56,384 nt of DNA, from the NCBI GenBank assembly GCA_003697105.1, contig RFFQ01000169.1:1-56384 (forward strand). Direction: 5' to 3'. Positions 20,008 through 29,512 of the stretch are shown here, one piece after another; position 1 is the first letter of the stretch, and each line of letters opens with the position of its first letter. Origin of the DNA: Gemmatimonadota bacterium. Its GTDB lineage: Bacteria > 4572-55 > J002. The notes below the pieces were generated by a model. It was not told the origin of the DNA. It saw nothing but the letters and a program-made list of their open reading frames with translations, and made no database searches. The translations under genes and the position numbers were made by a program.

Positions 20008-21180
20008 TTATATTGACAATTCCTGAATAAATTCAGCGGCTTCAATCACCGGCGCTAGCTCTTCCGATCGAATAAGATAACCGTATAATCCCATTCCGCG
20101 TTGAAATAGCGGATTAATCGGCTGATGGTGCATGATCATTGTGGAATAGGTTGCCATAATTTCATCATGCGTATGGCGATAGGGCTTATTTGCTTTGCGT
20201 CCCGCATAGCATGTGTAATATTTTCGCTCATAATGGGGAGTCAAAAAGGTATTATGTACCACAATGTGTGCCCATTCGCGGTAGATATCTATATCACAGG
20301 CGAAATTGAACATATCCGTCGTCAATCCCCCCGGTGGACGGCGATTGATTTCCATAGCAACCGGCGGTTGATCCGCACCAAAATAGAAAAATTCCAGGTG
20401 GAAAAAACTCTCTCGCAACTGAAACGCCTGAACGCATTTCATCCCAAACTCAACTACATTCTCTGGAATATGCCGTAACGAATAATAATAATGATTTGCA
20501 TCTGTATTCACTGTTTCGAGTGGGCTAGGATGATATTTATGTGAAGTATAAAACACCACTTGCCCATTCTGATCGACTAACCCATCAAAGGTGAGAATAT
20601 CCGCTTCAATAAAATCTTCCAAAAGGTAATCTACTTCGGGTTTGGTTTCAAAAAATGACTGCAACTGGGATTCATCTTCAATTTTGTAGATGTGTTGTGC
20701 CCCAACCCCCTGATCCGGCTTGGCGATCACGGGATAACCGGTCGCCTCGATAAACGCTCGTGCCGATGCTTCATCGGTAACCCGCGTACCGGGGGCAACC
20801 GGAATTCCTGCCGATTCAAACACCGCACGCATTTTGGATTTAGACTTAAACCGGTGTAATTCCGTGACGTTTAAACCCGGTATGTTAAAATCCGTCCGGA
20901 TTCTGGCATCTGTTTGCAACCAATGTTCATTATGGGATTCAAACCGGTCAAGCTTACCATATTTGTGGGTAAAATAGCCACATGCTCGCAAAATTTCATC
21001 GTAATGTTCCATATTGCCCACTTGATAATATTCGGTCAGACCCTCGTGGCTCAGGTCGTGGGGGAGTTGGTGATGTGGAACATCTGCAATGCCAAGCACG
21101 TTAACACCCAGTTCTTTTAAACGGATGCTAAATAAACGAAAATTTTGCGGGAAATGGGGTGATAAATAGACAAAATTCAT
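20008..21180 (-). CDS. ATP-grasp domain protein (carboxylate-amine ligase-like)
   Basis: FVYLSPHFP, KSKMR, IAKPDQGVGA, LLEDFI, FFHLEFF, EINRRPPGG. Confidence 0.85.
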   Translation of the reverse strand: MNFVYLSPHFPQNFRLFSIRLKELGVNVLGIADVPHHQLPHDLSHEGLTEYYQVGNMEHYDEILRACGYFTHKYGKLDRFESHNEHWLQTDARIRTDFNIPGLNVTELHRFKSKSKMRAVFESAGIPVAPGTRVTDEASARAFIEATGYPVIAKPDQGVGAQHIYKIEDESQLQSFFETKPEVDYLLEDFIEADILTFDGLVDQNGQVVFYTSHKYHPSPLETVNTDANHYYYSLRHIPENVVEFGMKCVQAFQLRESFFHLEFFYFGADQPPVAMEINRRPPGGLTTDMFNFACDIDIYREWAHIVVHNTFLTPHYERKYYTCYAGRKANKPYRHTHDEIMATYSTMIMHHQPINPLFQRGMGLYGYLIRSEELAPVIEAAEFIQELSI

Positions 21181-21308
21181 AATTTCGACTCCTATACAGA
21201 TACAAATGCCTTTTTTTCACTAGCAAAATACGGTATAATACCTTCATGCAAGTTACAATAAAATTATCTTTGTGAAAAGGCAACCTTTTTATTGGGTACC
21301 ATCGAAAA

Positions 21309-22574
21309 ATGAACCTAATTCTCTGGATTTTCAGTGGTTTACTTTTACTAAAGCTCGCTGTCGAATTGGGTCTGAACATTCTCAACCGGCAAGAGACGCT
21401 ACGCCATGCGGGTCAAATTCCTCCAGCGTTTCAAGCGGTGATGGATGAAGAGACATACCAAAAAGCAGTGGCTTACACCCTTGCCAAAAATCGTTTTGGG
21501 CAATTTCAGCTTATTTTTCATACCGTCATTCTGGCAACTGTTATTCTAAGCGGTGTTTTGCCCGATTTATTTGATGTGACGCGTGCCTTTCTCGGCGATT
21601 CGATCTGGGCACAGGGGATGTACCTGGTGGGGGTAGGGTTTATCCTCATGATTCCTTCCATTCCGCTAGACCTATGGTCCACATTCAAACTGGAACAGCG
21701 GTTTGGTTTTAATACCACTACATTTAAGCTCTGGCTCGCCGATCAGATTAAAGGATTACTCGTGGGTTTTGCTATCGGTTATCCGCTGGTTTGTCTTACC
21801 CTAAAACTGGTTGATTGGGTGGGTGATAGTTGGTGGCTTTGGGCGTTTGGAATTATGGTTGGTTTTCAATTATTGATGATGATTCTCTATCCCAAGTTGA
21901 TCTTACCACTATTTAATAAACTCTCTCCGTTGCCCGAAGGCGAGCTGAAAACTCAATTGATGGCGCTTGCCGACCGCACCGGATTCCGGGCGAAAACGAT
22001 TCAGGTCATGGATGGGAGTAAGCGTTCCACCCATTCCAACGCTTTTTTTACCGGTTTTAGCCGCTGGCGCCGAATTGTGTTATTTGATACCCTGATCGAA
22101 CAACTCTCCCCCGCCGAACTGGAAGCGGTGCTGGCTCATGAAATCGGACATTATAAAAAAGGGCACGTTCCTAAGATGTTGGCAATTTCTATCGTTTTTG
22201 AGTTTATCGGATTTGCCCTGATTGCCCATTTAGCCCAAAGCGGCTGGTTTTACGGGGCATTTGGGTTTGCCCTCAGTGATGGGCTGGCACCGGTCTTTTT
22301 GTTGTTCTCTTTATTAAGCGGCTTAGTGACATTCTGGTTTACCCCGCTCTTTACCTCTCTTTCCCGTAAACATGAATACGAAGCAGACGCTTTCGCGCGT
22401 GAGGCAATCCACAGCGCAGAACCCATGATCAGCGCCTTGCGTAAACTGAGTGAAAAAAACCTGAGCAACTTGACCCCGCACCCTTGGTTTAGCCGCTTTT
22501 ATTACAGCCATCCCACGTTGCTCGAACGGGAAACTGCCCTACGCCAAGACGCCAAACCTCCAAATCCGGTATAA
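21309..22574 (+). CDS. Ste24-type M48 integral membrane metallopeptidase
   Basis: Multiple TM helices, DGSKRS..NAFFTG, zinc motif AHEIGH, EYEAD, YSHPTL. Confidence 0.95.
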   Translation: MNLILWIFSGLLLLKLAVELGLNILNRQETLRHAGQIPPAFQAVMDEETYQKAVAYTLAKNRFGQFQLIFHTVILATVILSGVLPDLFDVTRAFLGDSIWAQGMYLVGVGFILMIPSIPLDLWSTFKLEQRFGFNTTTFKLWLADQIKGLLVGFAIGYPLVCLTLKLVDWVGDSWWLWAFGIMVGFQLLMMILYPKLILPLFNKLSPLPEGELKTQLMALADRTGFRAKTIQVMDGSKRSTHSNAFFTGFSRWRRIVLFDTLIEQLSPAELEAVLAHEIGHYKKGHVPKMLAISIVFEFIGFALIAHLAQSGWFYGAFGFALSDGLAPVFLLFSLLSGLVTFWFTPLFTSLSRKHEYEADAFAREAIHSAEPMISALRKLSEKNLSNLTPHPWFSRFYYSHPTLLERETALRQDAKPPNPV

Positions 22575-22745
22575 TATTTGATATTATGAAACGATATGAA
22601 CGAAATTTGGCTCATCAACACAGAATCAAAAAGAACAAACTATAAATAGAATTAGCATGTTAGCGCCCTTAGGGGTTGAGAACGCTTGTGATAACTCGGT
22701 GTAGTGTTTTACCTGCATTTCGCCTTATTTATGAGGAGATTACTC

Positions 22746-23909
22746 ATGACGACAAACGGACGGGCGGACATTTTAATCGTTGACGACCAACCCAAAACAT
22801 TACGATTATTAACAACGATGCTAGAAAAACAGGGGTTTCGTGTCCGCACGGCTATCGATGGAGATGTTGCCTTAGAAGCGGTGGCGAACCAACTACCAGA
22901 CTTGATCTTATTGGATATTATGATGCCCAACATGAATGGCTATGAGGTGTGCCAAAAATTACGAGCCGCCGAGGCAACACAAAATATTCCGATTATTTTC
23001 CTCAGTGCCATCACCAATACGGAAGACATCGTTAAAGCATTTACTGCCGGAGGAAATGATTATGTGAGCAAACCCTTTCAAGCTCAAGAAGTCCTTGCTC
23101 GGGTGGAAACGCATCTGGAACTGCGAAAAATGGAACAAGAACTCAAGCACAAAAATATGTTGCTGGAACAGGAATTAATGGAACGCCGTGCGGCAGAAAT
23201 TGCTTTGCGCGAAGCCTTGATGCGGGAAAAAGAACTCAGCCGCCTTAAATCTCAATTCTTAACAATGGTTTCCCATGAATTCCGAACCCCCTTGACCGTC
23301 ATCCAATCCTCTGCAGAACTGTTTGCCACCTATCATCATCGACTCAACGAAGATGAACGCGCCCATCAACTGGAAAATATAAGACAAAGTATCAAGACAA
23401 TTACCACCCTGTTGGATAATTCATTATTACTCAATTATGCCGAGTCAAATATATTGCCCTACCACCCGGTAGCCGTAGATGTAGTCCGATTTTGTAAAAA
23501 ATTAGTAGAAGAAATCAACAATTTAAATCCGAAGCGCACTATTCATTTCAGTCACGAACCCGCCCGGATCCATGTTGAAATAGACCCCCAACTGACCCGC
23601 TATATCTTACTGAATGTGCTGAATAATGCCATCAAATATTCCCCAGTGACCTGTCCCATCATGTTAGAAGTACACCGCTACAATGGGAACGTTCAATTTC
23701 GGGTAGAAGATCAGGGAATCGGTATTCCGGCAAACGATCTCGTCCATCTATTTGAACCTTTTTTCCGGGCAAAAAATGTGGGAGAGACCGCCGGATTGGG
23801 CATCGGTCTCTCCGTTGCTAAATTGGCAATAGACCTCCATCAGGGCACCATCCAGATCGATAGTCAGGAAAACAGGGGTACCACTATCACTATTACCTTA
23901 CCCGCCTAA
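22746..23909 (+). CDS. Hybrid response regulator receiver-histidine kinase
   Basis: REC (ILIVDD, DLILLDIMMP, KPF), H-box SHEFRTPL, N-box NNAIKYS, DQGIGI, GLGIGL; start ATG 22746 with SD GAGGAG. Confidence 0.93.
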   Translation: MTTNGRADILIVDDQPKTLRLLTTMLEKQGFRVRTAIDGDVALEAVANQLPDLILLDIMMPNMNGYEVCQKLRAAEATQNIPIIFLSAITNTEDIVKAFTAGGNDYVSKPFQAQEVLARVETHLELRKMEQELKHKNMLLEQELMERRAAEIALREALMREKELSRLKSQFLTMVSHEFRTPLTVIQSSAELFATYHHRLNEDERAHQLENIRQSIKTITTLLDNSLLLNYAESNILPYHPVAVDVVRFCKKLVEEINNLNPKRTIHFSHEPARIHVEIDPQLTRYILLNVLNNAIKYSPVTCPIMLEVHRYNGNVQFRVEDQGIGIPANDLVHLFEPFFRAKNVGETAGLGIGLSVAKLAIDLHQGTIQIDSQENRGTTITITLPA

Positions 23910-23927
23910 AACACACTAGAAAGCCAT

Positions 23928-25568
23928 GTGATGACTGCGTCCAATACTGATATTTTAATCGTTGACGACCAACCCGCCAACCTCAACTTGCTTACCAGCA
24001 TCTTGACCGAACAGGGTTACACCACCCGTCTTGCTCTTGATGGAGAAATCGCACTTCGCATGGCACGCCACCAACCCCCCGATATTATTCTCCTTGATAT
24101 TCTCATGCCTGTCATGGATGGTTTAATGGTCTGCCAGAAGCTCAAAGCCGACCCGGCGCTACAAGCCATCCCCGTTATTTTCCTGAGCGCCGTTGCCGAT
24201 ACCTCCAAAATTGCGAAAGGTTTTGCCTGTGGCGGGGTGGATTACATCACCAAACCCTTTCGCGTCGGTGAAGTGCTTGCCCGAATTGAAACTCATTTGA
24301 AAATGAGTCGTATCACCCGTGATTTGGAGGCAAAAAATAGAGCACTAGAACAGGCAAACCAACATTTGCAGGAACTTGCCCAACAACTGAAACAGAGCCA
24401 ACATGAATTTGAGGCGATCTTCAATAATGCCGTTGTGGGCATTGCCCTGAGTGCTCCCGATGGCACGTTTGAACGGGCAAATCCCCGCTGGCTGGAAATG
24501 TTGGGCTATGATGCCGATGAATTAAACCAACTGACACTCGATATGATTACCCATGAAAAAGATCGGGAAACAAGTAGCATGTATATCCGCCGGGTGCAAT
24601 TGGGTGAACTCGTCCAGTATCGGTTTGAAAAACGGTTTGTTCGCAAAGATGGCTCTGAATTTTGGGGCGATATTGCCGTCGCCGCGATTACGGATGATGC
24701 CGGAAATTTATGCCATTTAGTCGCGGCATTAACCGACATCACCCGCCGAAAAATCGCCGAACAAGAGCTAAAAGCCTTCAATGCCAAATTGGAGAAAAAG
24801 GTGGTGGAACGAACGGTTGAACTCCAACACGCTTTGGAACGGGAAAAAGAGATCAACGACCTCAAAAGCCGTTTTATCACCAGTGTTTCCCATGAGTTCC
24901 GCACACCATTGACGATCATTCAAACTGGTGCTGAAATTTTGTACCGGTATAAAGAGTCGCTCAACCCCGAACGCGAAGCCCAGCATTTGCAATCTATCCT
25001 CAAACAAGTGCAACACATGAACTGCCTTCTGGAAGACGTGCTTAATGTCGGGCAGATTGAACGCGATGGTTGGGCATTCAACCCGTATGAAATCCGCCTA
25101 AAAGTATTCCTAGAACAATTTCGGATGGAATACCACGCTGGTGGCGATGCAAATCGGATTGAATTCCATTATCACGGCACGGATAGCGTGGCAATCATGG
25201 ATGAAAAGATGGTACGATTGATCTTAAATAACCTGATCGACAACGCCCTCAAATATTCACCGCCAGACCGCCCGGTACACGTGGAATTATACCATCGCCC
25301 AGAAGCCGTGACCTTCACCGTTCGGGATCACGGGATCGGTATCCCTGCTGACGATCAAAAATATATATTCACTCCTTTTTTCCGTGCCAAAAACGTGGAA
25401 CATATTCAAGGAACGGGCGTCGGCCTGACCATTGTCAACCATGCCGTTCATCTCCATCAAGGAGACATCCAGATCACCAGCGAACTGGATCAGGGTACCA
25501 CGGTTACCGTCACCTTTCCTCAAAAGTCACCATCACGGGCTGCCGAACCCACCACCACAGAAGATTAA
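23928..25568 (+). CDS. Hybrid REC-PAS-histidine kinase
   Basis: REC, PAS/PAC (FNNAVVGIA, ANPRWLEMLGY, RKDGSEFWG, DITRRK), SHEFRTPL, DNALKYS, GTGVGL. Confidence 0.93.
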   Translation: MMTASNTDILIVDDQPANLNLLTSILTEQGYTTRLALDGEIALRMARHQPPDIILLDILMPVMDGLMVCQKLKADPALQAIPVIFLSAVADTSKIAKGFACGGVDYITKPFRVGEVLARIETHLKMSRITRDLEAKNRALEQANQHLQELAQQLKQSQHEFEAIFNNAVVGIALSAPDGTFERANPRWLEMLGYDADELNQLTLDMITHEKDRETSSMYIRRVQLGELVQYRFEKRFVRKDGSEFWGDIAVAAITDDAGNLCHLVAALTDITRRKIAEQELKAFNAKLEKKVVERTVELQHALEREKEINDLKSRFITSVSHEFRTPLTIIQTGAEILYRYKESLNPEREAQHLQSILKQVQHMNCLLEDVLNVGQIERDGWAFNPYEIRLKVFLEQFRMEYHAGGDANRIEFHYHGTDSVAIMDEKMVRLILNNLIDNALKYSPPDRPVHVELYHRPEAVTFTVRDHGIGIPADDQKYIFTPFFRAKNVEHIQGTGVGLTIVNHAVHLHQGDIQITSELDQGTTVTVTFPQKSPSRAAEPTTTED

Positions 25569-25780
25569 GGGGTCGTTGAGGTGCTCGCCCGGTGACCCTG
25601 ATCCACACCCAACTAAAAGTTTACTTAAACTTTTGTTTGCTAGATTGGTCAAAACTCACAGAACCGCGATTCACGTGGATTTATCCACCAACTTAAAGCT
25701 TGATTTATGGGTTTCCCTCTGTTATGATGCAAACAATTCCAATTTTAACAACCCCTTTTCTAAGAACCAGCCCCGATGCC

Positions 25781-28700
25781 ATGGACAACCTCTTACCCCA
25801 TTTTATTCAAGATCGGTTTCTGCACGATGACTATACTGGCAGTTTCCCGGCATTAACCCTTTTTTCCGATATTTCCGGCTTTACTCGCATGACCGAATCC
25901 CTGATGCGACAGGGTGATGAAGGGGCAGAAATTCTCTCCGCTATTCTGAATCGTATTTTTGACCCGATGGTTGATGCCGTCCATGCACATGGAGGATTTG
26001 TCGCCACATTTGCCGGCGATGCCTTTACCGCTATTTTTCCCCTCGATGGTAGCGGCGTTCCAGAACACGTTCTGGCGTGCATCCATGAATTCCAGCAACT
26101 TTTCCGGTTACACGGGATTCAACATACCCCGTTCGGTAATTATAGTCTGAAGTTGAAGATAGGGCTTTCCGCCGGTGAGGTGCAGTGGGGTATTTTAGGT
26201 GACCAGAAAAAGGCGTTTTTCTTCCGGGGAGAGGGGATTTCCGGATGTGTGTACGCCGAACATTATGCCGAAAAAAATCAGATTATCGCGGATCAACATG
26301 CGCTACGCCATTTACCGGCGAATTATCTTCACATACACCCCCTCACCGATGGGATGTATGCCCGCCTTGAATTTAAGCGTCTCCCAGAGACCCTAGCGGA
26401 CACCCCCCGGGAGTTCCCTCAGCTCTCTGCGGAGGTAATTGCTCAATTCTTCCCCCCCGTCTTGACCCATTATACCGGTAGTGGGGAATTCCGCAACGTG
26501 GTGCCACTCTTTTTAGCTTTTGATGGGCTTTCCACTCATACCGAATTAAATTTATTTGTCACAATCCTGATCGAACAGGTGGATGCCTTTTCCGGCTATC
26601 TTAACAAGCTGGATTTCGGGGATAAAGGTAATATCGCCCTCTGTGTGTGGGGTGCGCCGGTTGCCTTTGAGGATAACATCGGACGGGCATTAGATTTTAT
26701 CCTAACCTTGAACGAAATCATTGCCCAAACACCGGCACTAAATCATGTAAAACTACGTACCGGCATCACCTATGGCGTTGCGTTTGCCGGAATTGTGGGG
26801 GGAGCAAAACGGAGCGAATATACCGTACTCGGTGATACCGTCAATCTCGCCGCCCGGCTGATGGTGAATGCCCCCGCCGGTGAAATCTGGATTTCTGAAT
26901 CGATCTTTCGTCCGGCACACCGGCGCTACGAGATGGATTTTTTAGGCAAATTGCACTTTAAGGGGAAATCAGACCCATTGCCGGTCTTTCGGCTGCTCTC
27001 CAAAAAGCACATTCAGGCGATGCGGTATGCCGGCAATTTTGTGGGGCGCTCCGCGGAATTAAAACAGGCGCTACAACTCTTACAGCCGCTAGATCAGGGT
27101 CAATTTGGCGGGATTTTATACATCTATGGGGAAGCGGGTGTGGGGAAGTCTCGCTTTGTTTATGAACTACAACAACGAACGCCCCATGTTCGCTGGGTTC
27201 TGCTACCATGTGATGGCATTTTGCGCAAAGCCTTCAACCCGTTCAATCACTTTTTGATGCGCTTTTTTGACCAGCACACCGGTGCCGACCCCGCTGAAAA
27301 TCAGATGCATTTTGAAGCCCAATTTCAAGCATTGATCGACCAAACCCAATCACCCGGAATTCGAGCGGAATTGAATCGATTAAAATCGATCTTGGCCGGA
27401 TTTTTAGGGATCGAGTACCCGGATTCACTCTACCAGCGGCTAGACCCCAAATTGCGGTATGAAAACACGTTATATGCCTTCCGGGAGGTCTTTCGTGCCT
27501 TGAGCGAGTCCCAACCGTTAATTCTGGAAGTGGAGGACCTTCACTGGATCGACGAAGATTCCCTGAAGGCATTCCAGATTATCACGCGCGGTTTAAAAGA
27601 TAGACCTGCCTTAGTGCTGGTTGTCAGCCGATACCGCGATGATGGCTCCAAACCGCGCTTGGAAACCAAAACAAAATGGGTGGAGATCGACCTAAACACC
27701 CTCTCAGATGACGGTATTTTGGAGATCGCCGAAGAGCGTTTGCAAGGCACGGTTTCGGGCAAATTGTACGAAGTGCTGAAGCTCCGGACACAAGGTAACC
27801 CGTTTTTCATTGAACAAACCGTGCTCTACTTTCAGGATAGTGAAATTATCCGGCAAGATGAAAATGGTACGTGGGATATTGTCAAATCGGAGGCGGTACT
27901 ACCGGCAACGGTGAACGACCTGCTGGTTGCCCGAATCGATCGCCTCCCGCCGGAATTGAAGGAAGCCGTGCAAATAGCCGCGGTGCTTGGCCAGGAGTTT
28001 GATGTGGTGATTCTGCTGGAAATGCTGCGGCAACGCCACTATCAATGGAGCGCACAAACGTTGGAAAATCAATTGTTAGCCGGTCAGGAGAATAATGTCT
28101 GGTTGATCCTCACGCAGGATCGGAAAGGTCTGTTTGTCCATGCCTTATTGCGCGATGCCGTTTACCGGATCCAACTCCGCACCCGCTTAAAACAGATTCA
28201 TGCCCTCGCGGCAGCAACTATTGAACGCTTGTATGCCGCAGACCAACACACCTATGCCGATTTAGCCTACCATTACCAACAAGCTGAAAACCTCGATAAA
28301 GCCTTAGAATATTTGGAAAAAGCCGGTCTGTTTGCAAAGGAAAATTTTCAGCATGAGAGAGCAATTGAATTTTTCAGTGATTATAATCACTTGGTGTTGC
28401 AGAAACTCGGGTACTCCCCCGAAAACATAGATGAACTCCGCATTTCCTCAGAGAATCGGTATTTCATCGAACGGTATGTCACCGTCCTGAATGAGATTCA
28501 AATTTCTCTTCGGGCGACCGGGCGTTGGGATGAATTAAAAACGGCGGCAGAACGGCAACTAAAATTGGCTAAGAAATTGGAGATACCCGAAAAGCTTTCC
28601 GAAGCGTACACTGAATTAGGTACTTTCTATATGCTTACCGGTGATTATCAAACGGCAATGACCTATTTTGAAACCGCATTACGCCACCGTAAAATTATAA

Positions 28701-29452
28701 ACACCTTACAAAATATGGGTAATATCTACGCCTGGACCGGCCAATTGGATAAGGCTATGAAATGCTTTGAAGATATTCTCAATACCGGTAAAGCCAGCCA
28801 GAATAAAAAGCATATGGCGGCCGCATTTTCAGGAATGGGTATTCTTTACGATCAAATGGGAAGAACCGAAGAGGCGATGGATTACTATCGTAAAAGCTTA
28901 GCTATATTCACCGATTTAAATGATAAGTCTCAAATCGCGCTGATTGTGGGCAATATGGGGGTTGCACATCATTACAATGGGAATTTACAGCAAGCACTAG
29001 AGTGCTACCAAAAAAAATTAGAGATCAGCCGGGAAATCGGTGATAAAATGGAAATTGCGGTGGCTTTGAGCAATATTGGCATCGTTTACTATGAATGGAA
29101 AATGTACCAACAAGCGATGAATTATCATTTGCAAGCATTAGTCATCGCCGAAGAAATCGGCAATAAACGGGGACAAGTTGATGTGTACACCAATATTGCC
29201 AATACTTATAAAGCACAAAAGATTTATCGTAAAGCCGAAAGTTACTACAAAAAAGCAATCTCTATTGCCCGTGACCTTAATCTAAAATATCAACTGGCTG
29301 AAAGTTTAACCGAATACGCTGAAATTCTAATCCATAATGAACAACTTCCGTTGGCAAAAGACTTTCTGGAAGAAGGTCTTGCATTAGCGCAGGAGATTGG
29401 CTATCAAACTTATGTCGAAAAAGCCGAACAACTTAAAAATAGTATTTCCTAA
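25781..29452 (+). CDS. Class III adenylate/guanylate cyclase (two cyclase domains) - AAA/STAND NTPase - TPR protein
   Basis: FSDISGFT and FAGDA (domain 1), DFGDKG and GDTVNLAARL (domain 2), Walker A GEAGVGKS, Walker B LEVEDLHWID, GNPFFIE, C-terminal TPRs; start likely ATG 25781. Confidence 0.92.
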   Translation: MDNLLPHFIQDRFLHDDYTGSFPALTLFSDISGFTRMTESLMRQGDEGAEILSAILNRIFDPMVDAVHAHGGFVATFAGDAFTAIFPLDGSGVPEHVLACIHEFQQLFRLHGIQHTPFGNYSLKLKIGLSAGEVQWGILGDQKKAFFFRGEGISGCVYAEHYAEKNQIIADQHALRHLPANYLHIHPLTDGMYARLEFKRLPETLADTPREFPQLSAEVIAQFFPPVLTHYTGSGEFRNVVPLFLAFDGLSTHTELNLFVTILIEQVDAFSGYLNKLDFGDKGNIALCVWGAPVAFEDNIGRALDFILTLNEIIAQTPALNHVKLRTGITYGVAFAGIVGGAKRSEYTVLGDTVNLAARLMVNAPAGEIWISESIFRPAHRRYEMDFLGKLHFKGKSDPLPVFRLLSKKHIQAMRYAGNFVGRSAELKQALQLLQPLDQGQFGGILYIYGEAGVGKSRFVYELQQRTPHVRWVLLPCDGILRKAFNPFNHFLMRFFDQHTGADPAENQMHFEAQFQALIDQTQSPGIRAELNRLKSILAGFLGIEYPDSLYQRLDPKLRYENTLYAFREVFRALSESQPLILEVEDLHWIDEDSLKAFQIITRGLKDRPALVLVVSRYRDDGSKPRLETKTKWVEIDLNTLSDDGILEIAEERLQGTVSGKLYEVLKLRTQGNPFFIEQTVLYFQDSEIIRQDENGTWDIVKSEAVLPATVNDLLVARIDRLPPELKEAVQIAAVLGQEFDVVILLEMLRQRHYQWSAQTLENQLLAGQENNVWLILTQDRKGLFVHALLRDAVYRIQLRTRLKQIHALAAATIERLYAADQHTYADLAYHYQQAENLDKALEYLEKAGLFAKENFQHERAIEFFSDYNHLVLQKLGYSPENIDELRISSENRYFIERYVTVLNEIQISLRATGRWDELKTAAERQLKLAKKLEIPEKLSEAYTELGTFYMLTGDYQTAMTYFETALRHRKIINTLQNMGNIYAWTGQLDKAMKCFEDILNTGKASQNKKHMAAAFSGMGILYDQMGRTEEAMDYYRKSLAIFTDLNDKSQIALIVGNMGVAHHYNGNLQQALECYQKKLEISREIGDKMEIAVALSNIGIVYYEWKMYQQAMNYHLQALVIAEEIGNKRGQVDVYTNIANTYKAQKIYRKAESYYKKAISIARDLNLKYQLAESLTEYAEILIHNEQLPLAKDFLEEGLALAQEIGYQTYVEKAEQLKNSIS

Positions 29453-29512
29453 GCGAGGGGAAGGTAGTAAATCCGTCCAGTGTTTTAACCCTTTTTTCAG
29501 GAGGAGATCATC

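Noticed and set aside
25781-29452. Cyclase acting as a substitute signalling subunit for the Cas10-less cmr module
   Set aside because: It is about 6 kb away on the opposite strand, is a class III cyclase unrelated to the Cas10 palm domain, and belongs to a widespread family; no evidence of linkage.
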